64,000 nucleotides of DNA from Candidatus Cloacimonadales bacterium. GTDB taxonomy: Bacteria; Cloacimonadota; Cloacimonadia; Cloacimonadales; JAIOQZ01. Position 1 is the first letter of the stretch; the number at the start of each line of letters is the position of its first letter. The stretch spans positions 2,080,001-2,144,000 of the forward strand of contig OY771587.1 in NCBI GenBank assembly GCA_963674825.1, written 5' to 3'. The notes under the pieces were generated by a model. The model worked only from the letters and a program-made list of their open reading frames with translations. It had not been told where the DNA came from and did no database searches. This document shows positions 40,701 through 48,271 of this stretch, piece after piece. A program made the translations under genes and the position numbers.

Positions 40701-40730
40701 TTCAAGATTGTGGTAAGCGATCAGCCGTAA
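34749..40730 (+). CDS. Giant secreted GLUG-motif repeat protein (five ~330-390 aa modules)
   Basis: RBS GGAGGAG; signal peptide; five 'GxG(S/T)xx(S/D/N)PY' module starts, many VGGLVG motifs, 'FWDxETSGQ...GWDF' module ends. Confidence 0.88.
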   Translation: MRFHTMILVLIMVSVAQLSAFAGGDGSSESPYQVSNIAELQDVENNLDAHFIQTGNIDASATTTWNNNHGFNPIGSSTTPFTGSYDGQGYSINELYIYSTDGDIGLFGSSNSATLSNIVLTDCSVRGNDGTGGLVGDSHNDTITNCCVSGSVDGDYANGGLIGRLTGGAISSCYSIANVTCISTGDRTGGLVGNVTSGASIDNCYAHGTVSGDNKVGGLVGQIDASTVTNCYSTAVVTCVNEFVGGLISISENDATITNSYWNTETSGQSTSAGGAGKTTDEMKNLYMYHGDGWDFESETQNGTSNTWDMDISGSSNDGYPCLAWENDQIFLPTASGTGTSTDPYQIGTLYELFWVSANQGIWSSDFMQTDDIDANDTRNWNNGMGYRPIGKNSPNLNGDYDGQGFTIDGLYINRPSMDYVGLFGKSSANIWIKNVHMTNIDITGNNYVGGITGECHNNAHIYDCSVQGVVNGNRYVACIAGRMEGSNITRCRCEGTVNASTVNSGGITGFFSSSASVNYCVSSATINGSENTGGLAGLAATGSHINYSYCTGQVTGGSQVGGLVGYAFSTTIQYCYSCGPLSGGSHVGGLIGVTSGSSVSHSFWDMEASGKATSPAGTGLTTAEMTSLQTFLDDGWDFVSETANGTADRWDIDLKGDVNNGYPVLAWEDGDVCLLEIPSGSGTEADPYQIETLIQLCWVSCTPSTWSSHFVQIADIDAADTETWFGGLGFKPIGNDDTVFSGSYDGQFYTIDGLFINRPASDENGLFGQVTGGQISNLHVLNCDITGRYRTAPIAASCNNVTITNCHTSGTISSSNGGGGIAGRVYTTEITGCYSSVGVSSYNEGSYYGGITGGATINSTIANCYAVGNISSGSTCGGLVGLLDSSTVEHCYSIGSVTADSDVGGLIGVASGTYSVVGGFWDVTTSGQSSSAGGEGKTTSYMRCSMTYIDAGWDFVSETANGTDDVWDMDLFNNYNASYPFLSWQNGDTELLSLPLGSGTETDPYQIMNLMHLVWLSASPSVWGQYFLQTADIDANDTQNWNNGAGFWPIGNSTTNFTGYYDGGEHVIDGLYIHPGIMDVGFFGATNNATIENLSLTNADIDANDDGGVLAGELRYSTATNCHSSGTVSANYAGGLIGYPYDSMITLCSSSASAFGDSDAGGLIGYCSSSAIIQSFATGSVESDDETGGLVGDLLTSSISLSFATGHVEGDDNVGGLAGHVENSTINQSYATGNVTGGQDAGGLVGYLESGNAYDCFSTGDTEGDWAGGLVSDLEGTVNRCYSTGYVSGSNDEGGLVGYFRISGNTIASFWDVETSGQSTSYGGKGLTSTEMRTSLVYILSGWDFPGETVNGFDDIWVLDSSMNDGYPTFAWQGGTSESFAAPEGEGTTGNPYLIDSLDDLIWLSVNTNAWNGNILQIADIDASETQSWVGGNGFIPIGKEGDAFLGSYNGQGFTISGLYINRSDTENVGLWGYTDGAEITDVNLTNVVIRGSVQVGALVGTTTYSTVVSGCSSSGSVEGASIIGGLIGSSYTTSIIDCHTDGSVESRTTNGWTVGGLVGAHRLNGTMVGCYSEATVSGGSQVGGLIGKTNNSSLSTVAKCHCTGDVTGTGEFAGGLIGYSEDYTYLTDSYCTGSVTGVSNVGGLAGSAASSDTITNCYSNGYVTGTSSVGGFLSVNHGASINASFWDTETSGQSISAGGTGKTTAEMKTIYPYMNAGWDFVGEVQNGTEDIWVIFANEYPSFAIESSSPVITGVNDVPGDQGHQVDIVWNKASHDWIYSPNNFYTVWRLVVNTRSIGSEAVIIENPEQFVEPNHDQTLILHQRDNYWTWLATIPAMMHNQYSFISPTLIDSCASLSPEEYLSTYMVNYHFVSGYFASTEASGYSVDNIAPYATSGVTLSFNNTRTGSATRLPSSTRTNTATLSWNEVTEGGLNGNSYPEENGVWYRVYAGESPDFYCDDTSLLQTTQATSINLNPADAERRFFKIVVSDQP

Positions 40731-40754
40731 AACAGGGACTCCTTACGTAAAGGA

Positions 40755-40781
40755 AAAGGGCAGCCGATCTGGCTGCCCTTT
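40755..40781. terminator. Bidirectional terminator between the two mirror modules
   Basis: AAAGGGCAGCC-gatct-GGCTGCCCTTT. Confidence 0.8.
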
Positions 40782-40800
40782 GTCGCATCGGAAGGTTGCG

Positions 40801-43800
40801 TTATTTGAGCAACAGTGATTTCCCTGTGCATGTTCTGGTCTGTGTTTTCAACCGATAGAAGAAGATACCGCTGGAAACCGGTTTCTCATTCTCGTCGGTA
40901 CCATTCCACATGACTTTGTGGTTCTTTCCTGCAGGATAAAGACCATTGACGAGTGTCTTTACCTTCTGGCCGCGAACGTTGAATATCTCGAGTGTAACGG
41001 GAACCATTTCCCCAGCTTCTCCTGCAAGGTCGAAGCAAATATTGGTCTCGGGATTGAACGGGTTGGGGAAATTGCCATTGAGCTGTGTCACGACAATAAC
41101 TTCCGGGGCTTCCGGTTCGTCGCCACCGTCCTCGAGAACGACCGATACCGGCCCGTACATCTGAGACGCTCCACTCAGCTCCAGGCTGACGACCCAGTAG
41201 AAGAGTTCCGATTCATCGGAGATGTCTTCGTCCTGATAATAGTAGCGATTCTCGGTTGTCTGGTTCTGGCCGGGAATGATACTCGATGTAAGGTAGATGG
41301 CATCTGATTCGCTATTGGTTGTACCGCGAAGCAGCTGATAGCCGAGTATCCCGCTTTCGGAAGCCGTTACCCAAGAAATCATGACCTGCGAATCATCAAC
41401 CACGGATGCGCAGAAAGATGTGAGTTCGACGGGCAATGTCTGTTCGTTACCGAGTTCGCCAGGTGTCGCGTTAGCAGGTGTGGATGCCGTCCAAATATTG
41501 GATGTTTCCTGTACCATGTCATCGCCAGCGTAAACGACCGGTGATGCGTCGATCTCTCCTGCTCGTGCATTTGGATCGTAGATTTCATATGCACAGTCGT
41601 TTGTGATCGGCATGGCAGATGTTCCGGGCAGATAATTCAAATCACCGCTAATGCCCCATGCATTGCGAAAATCAATATCTGAAGCGCCACATCCAATTAC
41701 CAGGATACCTCCTGATTTTTGGATAAATGTTCCATCGGGTATGTCGTAGGAAACCTCGGGTGAATCGGCGACAAAGTTACCGCCGAAAGCGTCAGCCGTA
41801 CCGGTATGGATTCTATAGCCACTCAAATCAAGACTATAGCTTGTATTGTTCACCAGTTCGATGAAGCCTGTATTGTCAGCTTGTCCTGTAAGATTATCGC
41901 ATACTTCGGAAATGTAGAGACCACCTGCTGTAGGTGTGGATGCGACAATCTGGAAGGCATCGACCAGAATGGCATATCCGCTGAACATGGAGGTAGAAAG
42001 CATACCGATATACATGCTTGGCGAATCGGCCAGATCTGTAAGATCGATCACATGCTTTTTCCAGTAGGGCGCTGGTGCAGACGCATCAGCGCGGGGAATG
42101 AACGCGCCGATATCATACCAGTTGTTTTCATCTGTCGAGTATTGGATTTGAATACCTTCCTGATCGTAAGGAGATCCGCTCATGTCCGCGCTGTGCATGA
42201 CCCACAGTTCGAGCCGCAGGGCAGCGTATGTACTAAGGTCCAGGCTTGGTGTGTAATATCTACCCTGACCACCGGCCCGGCTTAATCCATTGACAATACC
42301 CATCGAGTCACCTTCATAGGGTTCGCAATTCGGATATGTGTTCTGTATAACAGCAGACCACTCAGGATCGTAACCAGGACCGCTTCCATAATTGACGATT
42401 TCCTCACTCCAGCCTGTAGCCGGGAATCCACAAGAGTCGAACATTTCCTCACAGGGCAGGTCGTCTTGCGGTTCGGCAACTGCATCCGTGATTTCGATGT
42501 TGTCGATGAGGATACTCTGGTATTGTTCAGTTGGGCACATCTTGAATGCTATATATGAAGCTCCTCGGAGAACATTTAAGAGATTGACTTCGTAGTTCAT
42601 GTATCCAGATGTGAGTTGAAAAGTGTCCAGTGTTATGAACATGTCCGGATCAGATGGATCTGTCATATAGCCAACCTTAAGAGAGGGAAAAGACTCGGAA
42701 TACTCGGAAGAGTATGACTCGAAATAAAGGCTATTGGTACCATTGAAATCTTCGTCGGAAATAGCCGGTCCAACCGCGATCAGAAGTAATTCCTCCGAGG
42801 TGTCGTTGCTGTTGTACATATACATGCAGGGCGAATTATCAACACCATACGATTCGTCGATATTGACCTCGGTATACTCAGAACTCGAACTGACAAGCGC
42901 TTCCCACGGAGATGGCAGATGATTGTACCACGCTTCGTTGAAATTCTCTGCGTATGGTAGTGTGACCGTCTGGATGTCGCCTCCGGGTTCGCCAATGTAA
43001 ACGTCATCCAGTGCCATACCCTGCTCCGCGTCCGTAGAATTAAACCGGAACGCAAGCTGGAATATAGATCGTACGGGATAGAATTCGATTTCAAACTTCT
43101 GCATGTCTTCGGTCAGTTCAAATGAATCGATTTCGTAGTAGCTCTCGGGATCTTCCAGACTATCGAAATAGCCAACGCCGATCGATGGGTAGGTTGAGTT
43201 CGTGTAGCACGATGCCCAGAATGTGAGAACTTGCCCCTCAAGCTGCTCATTATCTAAAAATGGACCGCCGACGAACATATAATCACCAGCCTGCGGTTCG
43301 TCACTTTTCCAGTAATAAATGCAGTTTGGATCAGAGTGAGAATAGTAGCTATAAACATAGATATATTCGTTTGATTCATCGGAGACATACGATTGCCAGT
43401 CATCCGGCATATATTCCGAGTCGTCGAAATCCTGGAAGTAAGGCAGTTCCGCTCCGACGACACCACCAGATTCGCCGATATAGATATCATCCAGCGCCAT
43501 GCCTTGAGTTCCATCATTCGGTACAAACTCGTAGGCAATCTGGTAATCGGTCCGAACCCAGTTGAGATCATACGAGTAATATGACATGTTTCCAGACAAT
43601 GTATAAGAATCGAACTCGGTGAACGATGTTGGGTCATCGGCTGTGGACAGGAAACCGAGTCGCACGCTGGGCATATCGTATTCCGAATACCCCAGTGCCC
43701 AGAACGAAAGGGTGAGATTGCTGAAATCAGACGAATTGATATAGGGTCCCGCTGCGATGATATGGCTGTTCTCTAATGGAGCATTACTGTTCCAGAAATA

Positions 43801-43995
43801 AAGACAGTACGGTTCGGAATGATAATATGCTGGATAGGGTGCGGCATAAGCGCTTGTCCCATCGCTGATATAGATCGTCCAACCTTCTGGAAGACTGGAT
43901 GACGCATCGAAATTTTGAGTGTAGGGCAGTGTCGCTGCTTGTGCCAGTAATACTGCGGAAATGCATAACATAAGGAAAGTGATGATGTTTTTCAT
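40801..43995 (-). CDS. Secreted protein with 3-4 cleaved-adhesin/MAM-like repeats, lamin-tail-like domain and FlgD-Ig/T9SS-like C-terminal domain
   Basis: RBS AAGGAG; repeats 'LPYxQxFD...P..W...MALDDxYIGE'; 'LYISEVCD...FIELVN'; TLPVELTSF; NFPNPFNPET. Confidence 0.85.
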   Translation of the reverse strand: MKNIITFLMLCISAVLLAQAATLPYTQNFDASSSLPEGWTIYISDGTSAYAAPYPAYYHSEPYCLYFWNSNAPLENSHIIAAGPYINSSDFSNLTLSFWALGYSEYDMPSVRLGFLSTADDPTSFTEFDSYTLSGNMSYYSYDLNWVRTDYQIAYEFVPNDGTQGMALDDIYIGESGGVVGAELPYFQDFDDSEYMPDDWQSYVSDESNEYIYVYSYYSHSDPNCIYYWKSDEPQAGDYMFVGGPFLDNEQLEGQVLTFWASCYTNSTYPSIGVGYFDSLEDPESYYEIDSFELTEDMQKFEIEFYPVRSIFQLAFRFNSTDAEQGMALDDVYIGEPGGDIQTVTLPYAENFNEAWYNHLPSPWEALVSSSSEYTEVNIDESYGVDNSPCMYMYNSNDTSEELLLIAVGPAISDEDFNGTNSLYFESYSSEYSESFPSLKVGYMTDPSDPDMFITLDTFQLTSGYMNYEVNLLNVLRGASYIAFKMCPTEQYQSILIDNIEITDAVAEPQDDLPCEEMFDSCGFPATGWSEEIVNYGSGPGYDPEWSAVIQNTYPNCEPYEGDSMGIVNGLSRAGGQGRYYTPSLDLSTYAALRLELWVMHSADMSGSPYDQEGIQIQYSTDENNWYDIGAFIPRADASAPAPYWKKHVIDLTDLADSPSMYIGMLSTSMFSGYAILVDAFQIVASTPTAGGLYISEVCDNLTGQADNTGFIELVNNTSYSLDLSGYRIHTGTADAFGGNFVADSPEVSYDIPDGTFIQKSGGILVIGCGASDIDFRNAWGISGDLNYLPGTSAMPITNDCAYEIYDPNARAGEIDASPVVYAGDDMVQETSNIWTASTPANATPGELGNEQTLPVELTSFCASVVDDSQVMISWVTASESGILGYQLLRGTTNSESDAIYLTSSIIPGQNQTTENRYYYQDEDISDESELFYWVVSLELSGASQMYGPVSVVLEDGGDEPEAPEVIVVTQLNGNFPNPFNPETNICFDLAGEAGEMVPVTLEIFNVRGQKVKTLVNGLYPAGKNHKVMWNGTDENEKPVSSGIFFYRLKTQTRTCTGKSLLLK

Positions 43996-44008
43996 GGTAC
44001 ATACTCCT

Positions 44009-44422
44009 TTATGTGGTTATTACTTGGATGACATTGTAATTATCGGGTTGTTGTTTCCCTGAGATCCCCCGCAAGGTGCTCATGGCTCTATTCTCGGAGA
44101 TACACTTCAGAACGCGAATCAGGTCATCGACAGTTGGGAATCCTTTAAACCTGTAGATTAGGTTTGATGTGTCAGATATTTTGTCTCCGCTGTTTGTAAG
44201 GATGATACGGGTCTTGACCGGATTGGTGTGAATATGATGGATAAGCGAATCATTCTCTTCATGCCTGTCGTCCAATACCACGAAATCCATGCGATTCCTT
44301 TGGATCAGCCGAAGAGCATCCTGCCCTGTAACGGCGAAAAACAGGCTTGTATCGAGACTTTGCTGGATTTTCTGCAAGTCTTCGGATTGCAGATATTCCT
44401 GATTAACCAGTAAAATATTCAT
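44009..44422 (-). CDS. Small stand-alone receiver-like protein (atypical)
   Basis: 'MNILLVNQE...AVTGQDALRLIQRNRMDFVVLDD...TRIILT' REC pattern; beta1 acidic pair degenerate. Confidence 0.65.
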   Translation of the reverse strand: MNILLVNQEYLQSEDLQKIQQSLDTSLFFAVTGQDALRLIQRNRMDFVVLDDRHEENDSLIHHIHTNPVKTRIILTNSGDKISDTSNLIYRFKGFPTVDDLIRVLKCISENRAMSTLRGISGKQQPDNYNVIQVITT

Positions 44423-44450
44423 CCATACTCCATTGTTTTCACATTACTAA

Positions 44451-44466
44451 TGCATAATGAATGCCA
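44451..44466 (-). promoter_or_regulatory. sigma54 (-24/-12) promoter
   Basis: Minus strand TGGCAT-TCATT-ATGCA, GG-N10-GC, 28 nt upstream of the ATG at 44422. Confidence 0.75.
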
Positions 44467-44544
44467 ATTGATATAATACATTGCAGGATGGTCAATTACG
44501 GCAATACATGGATGGGGTGAAATCATTTACATACGATGCAATAA

Positions 44545-44666
44545 GACGATATCGTCTGGCTATCATGGGGTGAGAAAGAAAAGATTATTGTAACTGCATG
44601 ATAAGTAATTGGTTGTGATCGATCGGGAGCGCCATAGACGTTTTCGTCTATATAGACGATTTCGTC
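44545..44666. promoter_or_regulatory. Three putative enhancer palindromes GACG(A/T)WWTCGTC
   Basis: GACGATATCGTC 44545-44556, GACGTTTTCGTC 44637-44648, GACGATTTCGTC 44655-44666. Confidence 0.65.
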
Positions 44667-44676
44667 CTGTGATGAA

Positions 44677-46935
44677 TTAAAACTCTTCTCGCAGGTTGAA
44701 TTTATTGATGCGGCGTTCCACAGCTTTTTGCGATACACCCAGCAGTTTGGCTGCCTTGGTCTGGTTTCCGCTTGTTCTTTTCAACGCTCGCAGGAGCATG
44801 GTTTTCTCTATTGTTTCCAGCGGGATGATATTCTCGTCATCAGTACAGGGAAGCTCCATGTTATTGATGGGGATGGAAAAATGCTGCAATTGCAGAGTAG
44901 GACTGTCACAGATGATGAGAGCTCGTTCTACCATATTACGTAGTTCCCGAATATTTCCCGGGAAATCATAGGATTCAATCGTGGTGAAGATCTGCGGATC
45001 GATGCGGCGTACGGATTTATTCAGTCTTGGGGCATAGGTATTTACAAAATGCTCGATTAATGGCTGGATATCCTCTTTACGTTCGCGAAGCGGTGGTATC
45101 TGGATCACAAACGCTGCCAGGCGATGGTAGAGGTCTTCCCGAAACTGTTTCTGTGAGACAAGTTCGAGCAGATCCATGTTGGTGGCGGAAATTACTCGCA
45201 CATTGACAGGTATTTCGTGCCGAGCTCCAACCCTGACAATGTTCCGTTCTTCCAGCACCCGCAACAGCTTGATCTGATGATCCAGCGGCATGTTACCGAT
45301 CTCGTCCAGGAAAAGGGTTCCTCCGTTTGCCACTTCGAACCATCCGGCTTTCTGGGAAAGGGCCCCAGTGAATGCCCCCTTCTCATAGCCAAAAAACTCG
45401 CTTTCGAATAGCGTCGATGAGATGGCGGAGGAATTGATGGCGTGGAAATATTTCTGTTTGCGCTGACTCATCTCATGAATTCCGCGCGCGACAAGCTCCT
45501 TGCCGGTACCGCTTTCGCCCATGATCAGTACAGAAGTCGCGTCTGCACGGGCAACTTTTGACATAAGCTGGATGATATTGCGTACGGTTGTGCTGTTGCC
45601 AACGATACGGGTCTGGAAGCTGCTTTTGATCTCATCGGCGAGGAAATCGAGGTTTCGCTCGCTACGACGAAGCTCCTTCAGCGTTTTATCGAGATCTTCT
45701 TTCTGTTGTAGGATAAGCCGGTTCTTCTCTTCGAGTTCATGGTTTTTTTCTTTGAAAAGCTCCGCTTCGCGTTCTCGCTGTTCCAGCTCAAATTTTGTTC
45801 GCATTTCGGCCAACATCTGCTGATTGTCTTCTTTGGCGATCTCGATGTATTTCTTGAGATGCTTCTCCTTGTATGCGAATGCTTTTTCAAAATCCTTCTT
45901 TACATTGTATATTTTTGCGAAAAGGTCGTAAAGCTCCACCCGTATCTGGTTGTCGTCATCAAGATGCTTGCATGCTTCCAGACAAAGCGCTTCCGCTTCA
46001 TCGTATTGCTCTGTCATGAATGCTACATATGCCAGGCGAATCTGTGAACGACTCATCAAAACATCAGCGCCACGATCTTTTCGCAGTTGGAGGGCTTGGG
46101 TGTGGTATTTACGTGCGTTTGGGTAGTCAGCAAGCTGATAATAGACATTTCCAATGCCGTTAAGAGTGTTTGAAATGCGGATCGAGTCTTTCTGATCGCG
46201 TTTGATCTCCAGCGACTGGTGTAAGTATTCAAGTGCTTGTTCATATTGCTTCATGCAATGACAGGTGATACCGACGATATTCAGTGCATTCGCATAATAG
46301 GTAATTTGTCCGGAAGCCTTGAAGATTTCCAGTGCTTGCAAGCCATATTCAAGACCTCGTTCGTATTCGCCGAGATTGTTATATATGCGTGTGATATTAG
46401 TCAGCGATAATCCAACTTTCTCCGTCTGGTTGAGCTTTCTGCGTATTTCAAGAGATTTTTGTGTATAATCAAGCGCAAGGGAATTGCGATTCATGAAGAG
46501 GTAACACTCTCCCATATTGTTCATGATGCTTGCCTGATTATCGATGTCATTCATTTGCACTGCGCAATCGAGCGCTCTATTGAAGCAGATGAGAGCCTGG
46601 TCGTACAAATTTCTGGCAAAGTAGTTACCTGCCTTCTCAAAGTGAACCAGCATCAAGCGGCGAGGATTACCGGTCTGATCAAAATACTCTTTTGCCTTAT
46701 CGAGCCACTGGAGTGCTTCTTCGCCTTTCTCAAGCGCTGATTCCAGTTTGTACTTAACGATGTATAGCAGTCCGTGATCTTCAGGAAATTCCGATCGTTC
46801 AACAATCTCGCGCATTTTTTCGTATTCATGTCTTCCCGTTTCAAGATCGCATCTATGAATTGCATTAAACGATTGATTCATGTGAAGTTTATATTCGTCG
46901 AAAAGTGTTCTGGTTTGCGAATTTTCTGCTTTCAT
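44677..46935 (-). CDS. TPR-repeat sigma54-dependent transcriptional activator (paralog of 31866-34229)
   Basis: TPR array; GESGTGKE, ESEFFGYEKGAFTGA, GTLFLDEIG, FREDLYHRL, FPGNIREL; HTH 'QTKAAKLLGV'. Confidence 0.93.
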   Translation of the reverse strand: MKAENSQTRTLFDEYKLHMNQSFNAIHRCDLETGRHEYEKMREIVERSEFPEDHGLLYIVKYKLESALEKGEEALQWLDKAKEYFDQTGNPRRLMLVHFEKAGNYFARNLYDQALICFNRALDCAVQMNDIDNQASIMNNMGECYLFMNRNSLALDYTQKSLEIRRKLNQTEKVGLSLTNITRIYNNLGEYERGLEYGLQALEIFKASGQITYYANALNIVGITCHCMKQYEQALEYLHQSLEIKRDQKDSIRISNTLNGIGNVYYQLADYPNARKYHTQALQLRKDRGADVLMSRSQIRLAYVAFMTEQYDEAEALCLEACKHLDDDNQIRVELYDLFAKIYNVKKDFEKAFAYKEKHLKKYIEIAKEDNQQMLAEMRTKFELEQREREAELFKEKNHELEEKNRLILQQKEDLDKTLKELRRSERNLDFLADEIKSSFQTRIVGNSTTVRNIIQLMSKVARADATSVLIMGESGTGKELVARGIHEMSQRKQKYFHAINSSAISSTLFESEFFGYEKGAFTGALSQKAGWFEVANGGTLFLDEIGNMPLDHQIKLLRVLEERNIVRVGARHEIPVNVRVISATNMDLLELVSQKQFREDLYHRLAAFVIQIPPLRERKEDIQPLIEHFVNTYAPRLNKSVRRIDPQIFTTIESYDFPGNIRELRNMVERALIICDSPTLQLQHFSIPINNMELPCTDDENIIPLETIEKTMLLRALKRTSGNQTKAAKLLGVSQKAVERRINKFNLREEF

Positions 46936-47036
46936 TCCGGCACTCCCACATTTTAAAAACGAACAAAAACAGATTTGAATCTTGTTGTCAATCTTTTCGG
47001 ATTTAGCGACCTTACAATCTATCGAGTAAAAAACGA

Positions 47037-47062
47037 AAAACGCTCCCTGGTGGGAGCGTTTT
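47037..47062 (-). terminator. Rho-independent terminator of the EF-hand gene
   Basis: AAAACGCTCCC-tggt-GGGAGCGTTTT with A-run on the left. Confidence 0.75.
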
Positions 47063-47081
47063 CAGAGAAAATCAGGCCAGA

Positions 47082-47714
47082 CTATTTATTTGTGCGATAC
47101 TGATCGGCTTCATCTCTTGTAACAATTTTATCGCCATCCTGGTCTTTTTCCAGATGTGATTTCATCATATGCTCGGTCAGTTCTTTTTCGTCCACGTTAC
47201 CGTCTTTGTTTGTGTCGAGTGCTGCGTGGCGTTTCTGGGTAAATGTAAGATACTCTGCCTTATCGATAAATCCATCTTTGTTCAGATCGAGTACCATGAA
47301 TTGGTAGGATGGGTTGTCCGGACATTCGAGCCCTGTAGTATCAATTTCTTCCCAGCCGGGACCTACGAGTGCGGTTTTCATTTCTTCCAGGGTAATGAGT
47401 TTGTCGTTATCGGCATCCCAGTGTTTAAACATGTACGCGATTCTCGCGAGAACTTCGGATTCGTCCTGGACACCGTCGCCGTTAATGTCACGATGATCGT
47501 AAAGACGCATCATGTTGGCTTTGTGTTCTTCGCGTGAGATCAGGCCATCATTGTCGGTATCCTGAAAATCCTGCATCGAAGTGGTAACGAGTTCTTTTTG
47601 TGCTGTCTCAGCTTCTTGTTGGGCAGCTTCCTGCTTGGGCGCTTCCTGCTTTGGTGCACATGCTGCAAAGATTAGTAATGATAGTAAAACAAACGCAGTT
47701 ATTAAACGATTCAT
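47082..47714 (-). CDS. EF-hand calcium-binding lipoprotein
   Basis: GGAGG RBS; lipobox FAAC; six EF loops (DTDNDGLISREE, DINGDGVQDESE, DADNDKLITLEE, DLNKDGFIDKAE, DTNKDGNVDEKE, DQDGDKIVTRDE). Confidence 0.85.
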   Translation of the reverse strand: MNRLITAFVLLSLLIFAACAPKQEAPKQEAAQQEAETAQKELVTTSMQDFQDTDNDGLISREEHKANMMRLYDHRDINGDGVQDESEVLARIAYMFKHWDADNDKLITLEEMKTALVGPGWEEIDTTGLECPDNPSYQFMVLDLNKDGFIDKAEYLTFTQKRHAALDTNKDGNVDEKELTEHMMKSHLEKDQDGDKIVTRDEADQYRTNK

Positions 47715-47831
47715 TTGATCCTCCATAGTTCGTTTCCCATATAATGAAAAAGAACTGGAGCTTGTCAAGTTCGCCATGTTGCGTTGATGAATTTCGTTCA
47801 TTTGGTACTGCGGTTTGTTCTCAATTGACAC

Positions 47832-47860
47832 AAAAAGCGAACCCTTTTCGGATCCGCTTT
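47832..47860 (-). terminator. Terminator of the ars operon
   Basis: Minus strand GCGGATCC-gaaaa-GGGTTCGC-TTTTT. Confidence 0.6.
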
Positions 47861-47881
47861 ATTTTTGAAATACACGCACTT

Positions 47882-48271
47882 TCAGATCAGCGTTTTTACG
47901 TATTCGGCGATCTGGTCACGCACCTCACGGAATTTCTCGATGGATTGCCCTGCTGGGTCCTCGAAGCTGTGATGAATTCTTTGCCCAACCTTACCAATAA
48001 ATACAGGACAGGTTTCTTTTGCAGAATCGCATACGGTAAGAACGATGTCGAATTCCTGTGTGAGGTACTTTGACACATGCTCCGGTTGCTGCCTGCTTAT
48101 ATCAATACCAACCTCGCGCATCGCCTCGATGGCATGCGAATTGATCCGCTCCGCAGGTTCTGTCCCAGCCGAAAAGGCTTCCACGCCGTCCATCTGCCTC
48201 AAGAATCCTTCCGCCATCTGCGAACGGCAGGAATTGCCGGTACAGAGAACGAGAATTCGCTTGTTAGTCAT
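47882..48271 (-). CDS. arsC: Arsenate reductase (thioredoxin-coupled, LMW-PTP family)
   Basis: CTGNSCRSQMAEG, TVCDSAKETCP, FEDPA. Confidence 0.92.
   Translation of the reverse strand: MTNKRILVLCTGNSCRSQMAEGFLRQMDGVEAFSAGTEPAERINSHAIEAMREVGIDISRQQPEHVSKYLTQEFDIVLTVCDSAKETCPVFIGKVGQRIHHSFEDPAGQSIEKFREVRDQIAEYVKTLI

Noticed and set aside
16851..40730. Diversity-generating retroelement acting on the repeat proteins
   Set aside because: No reverse transcriptase in the window and no near-identical repeat pair differing only at adenines was seen.
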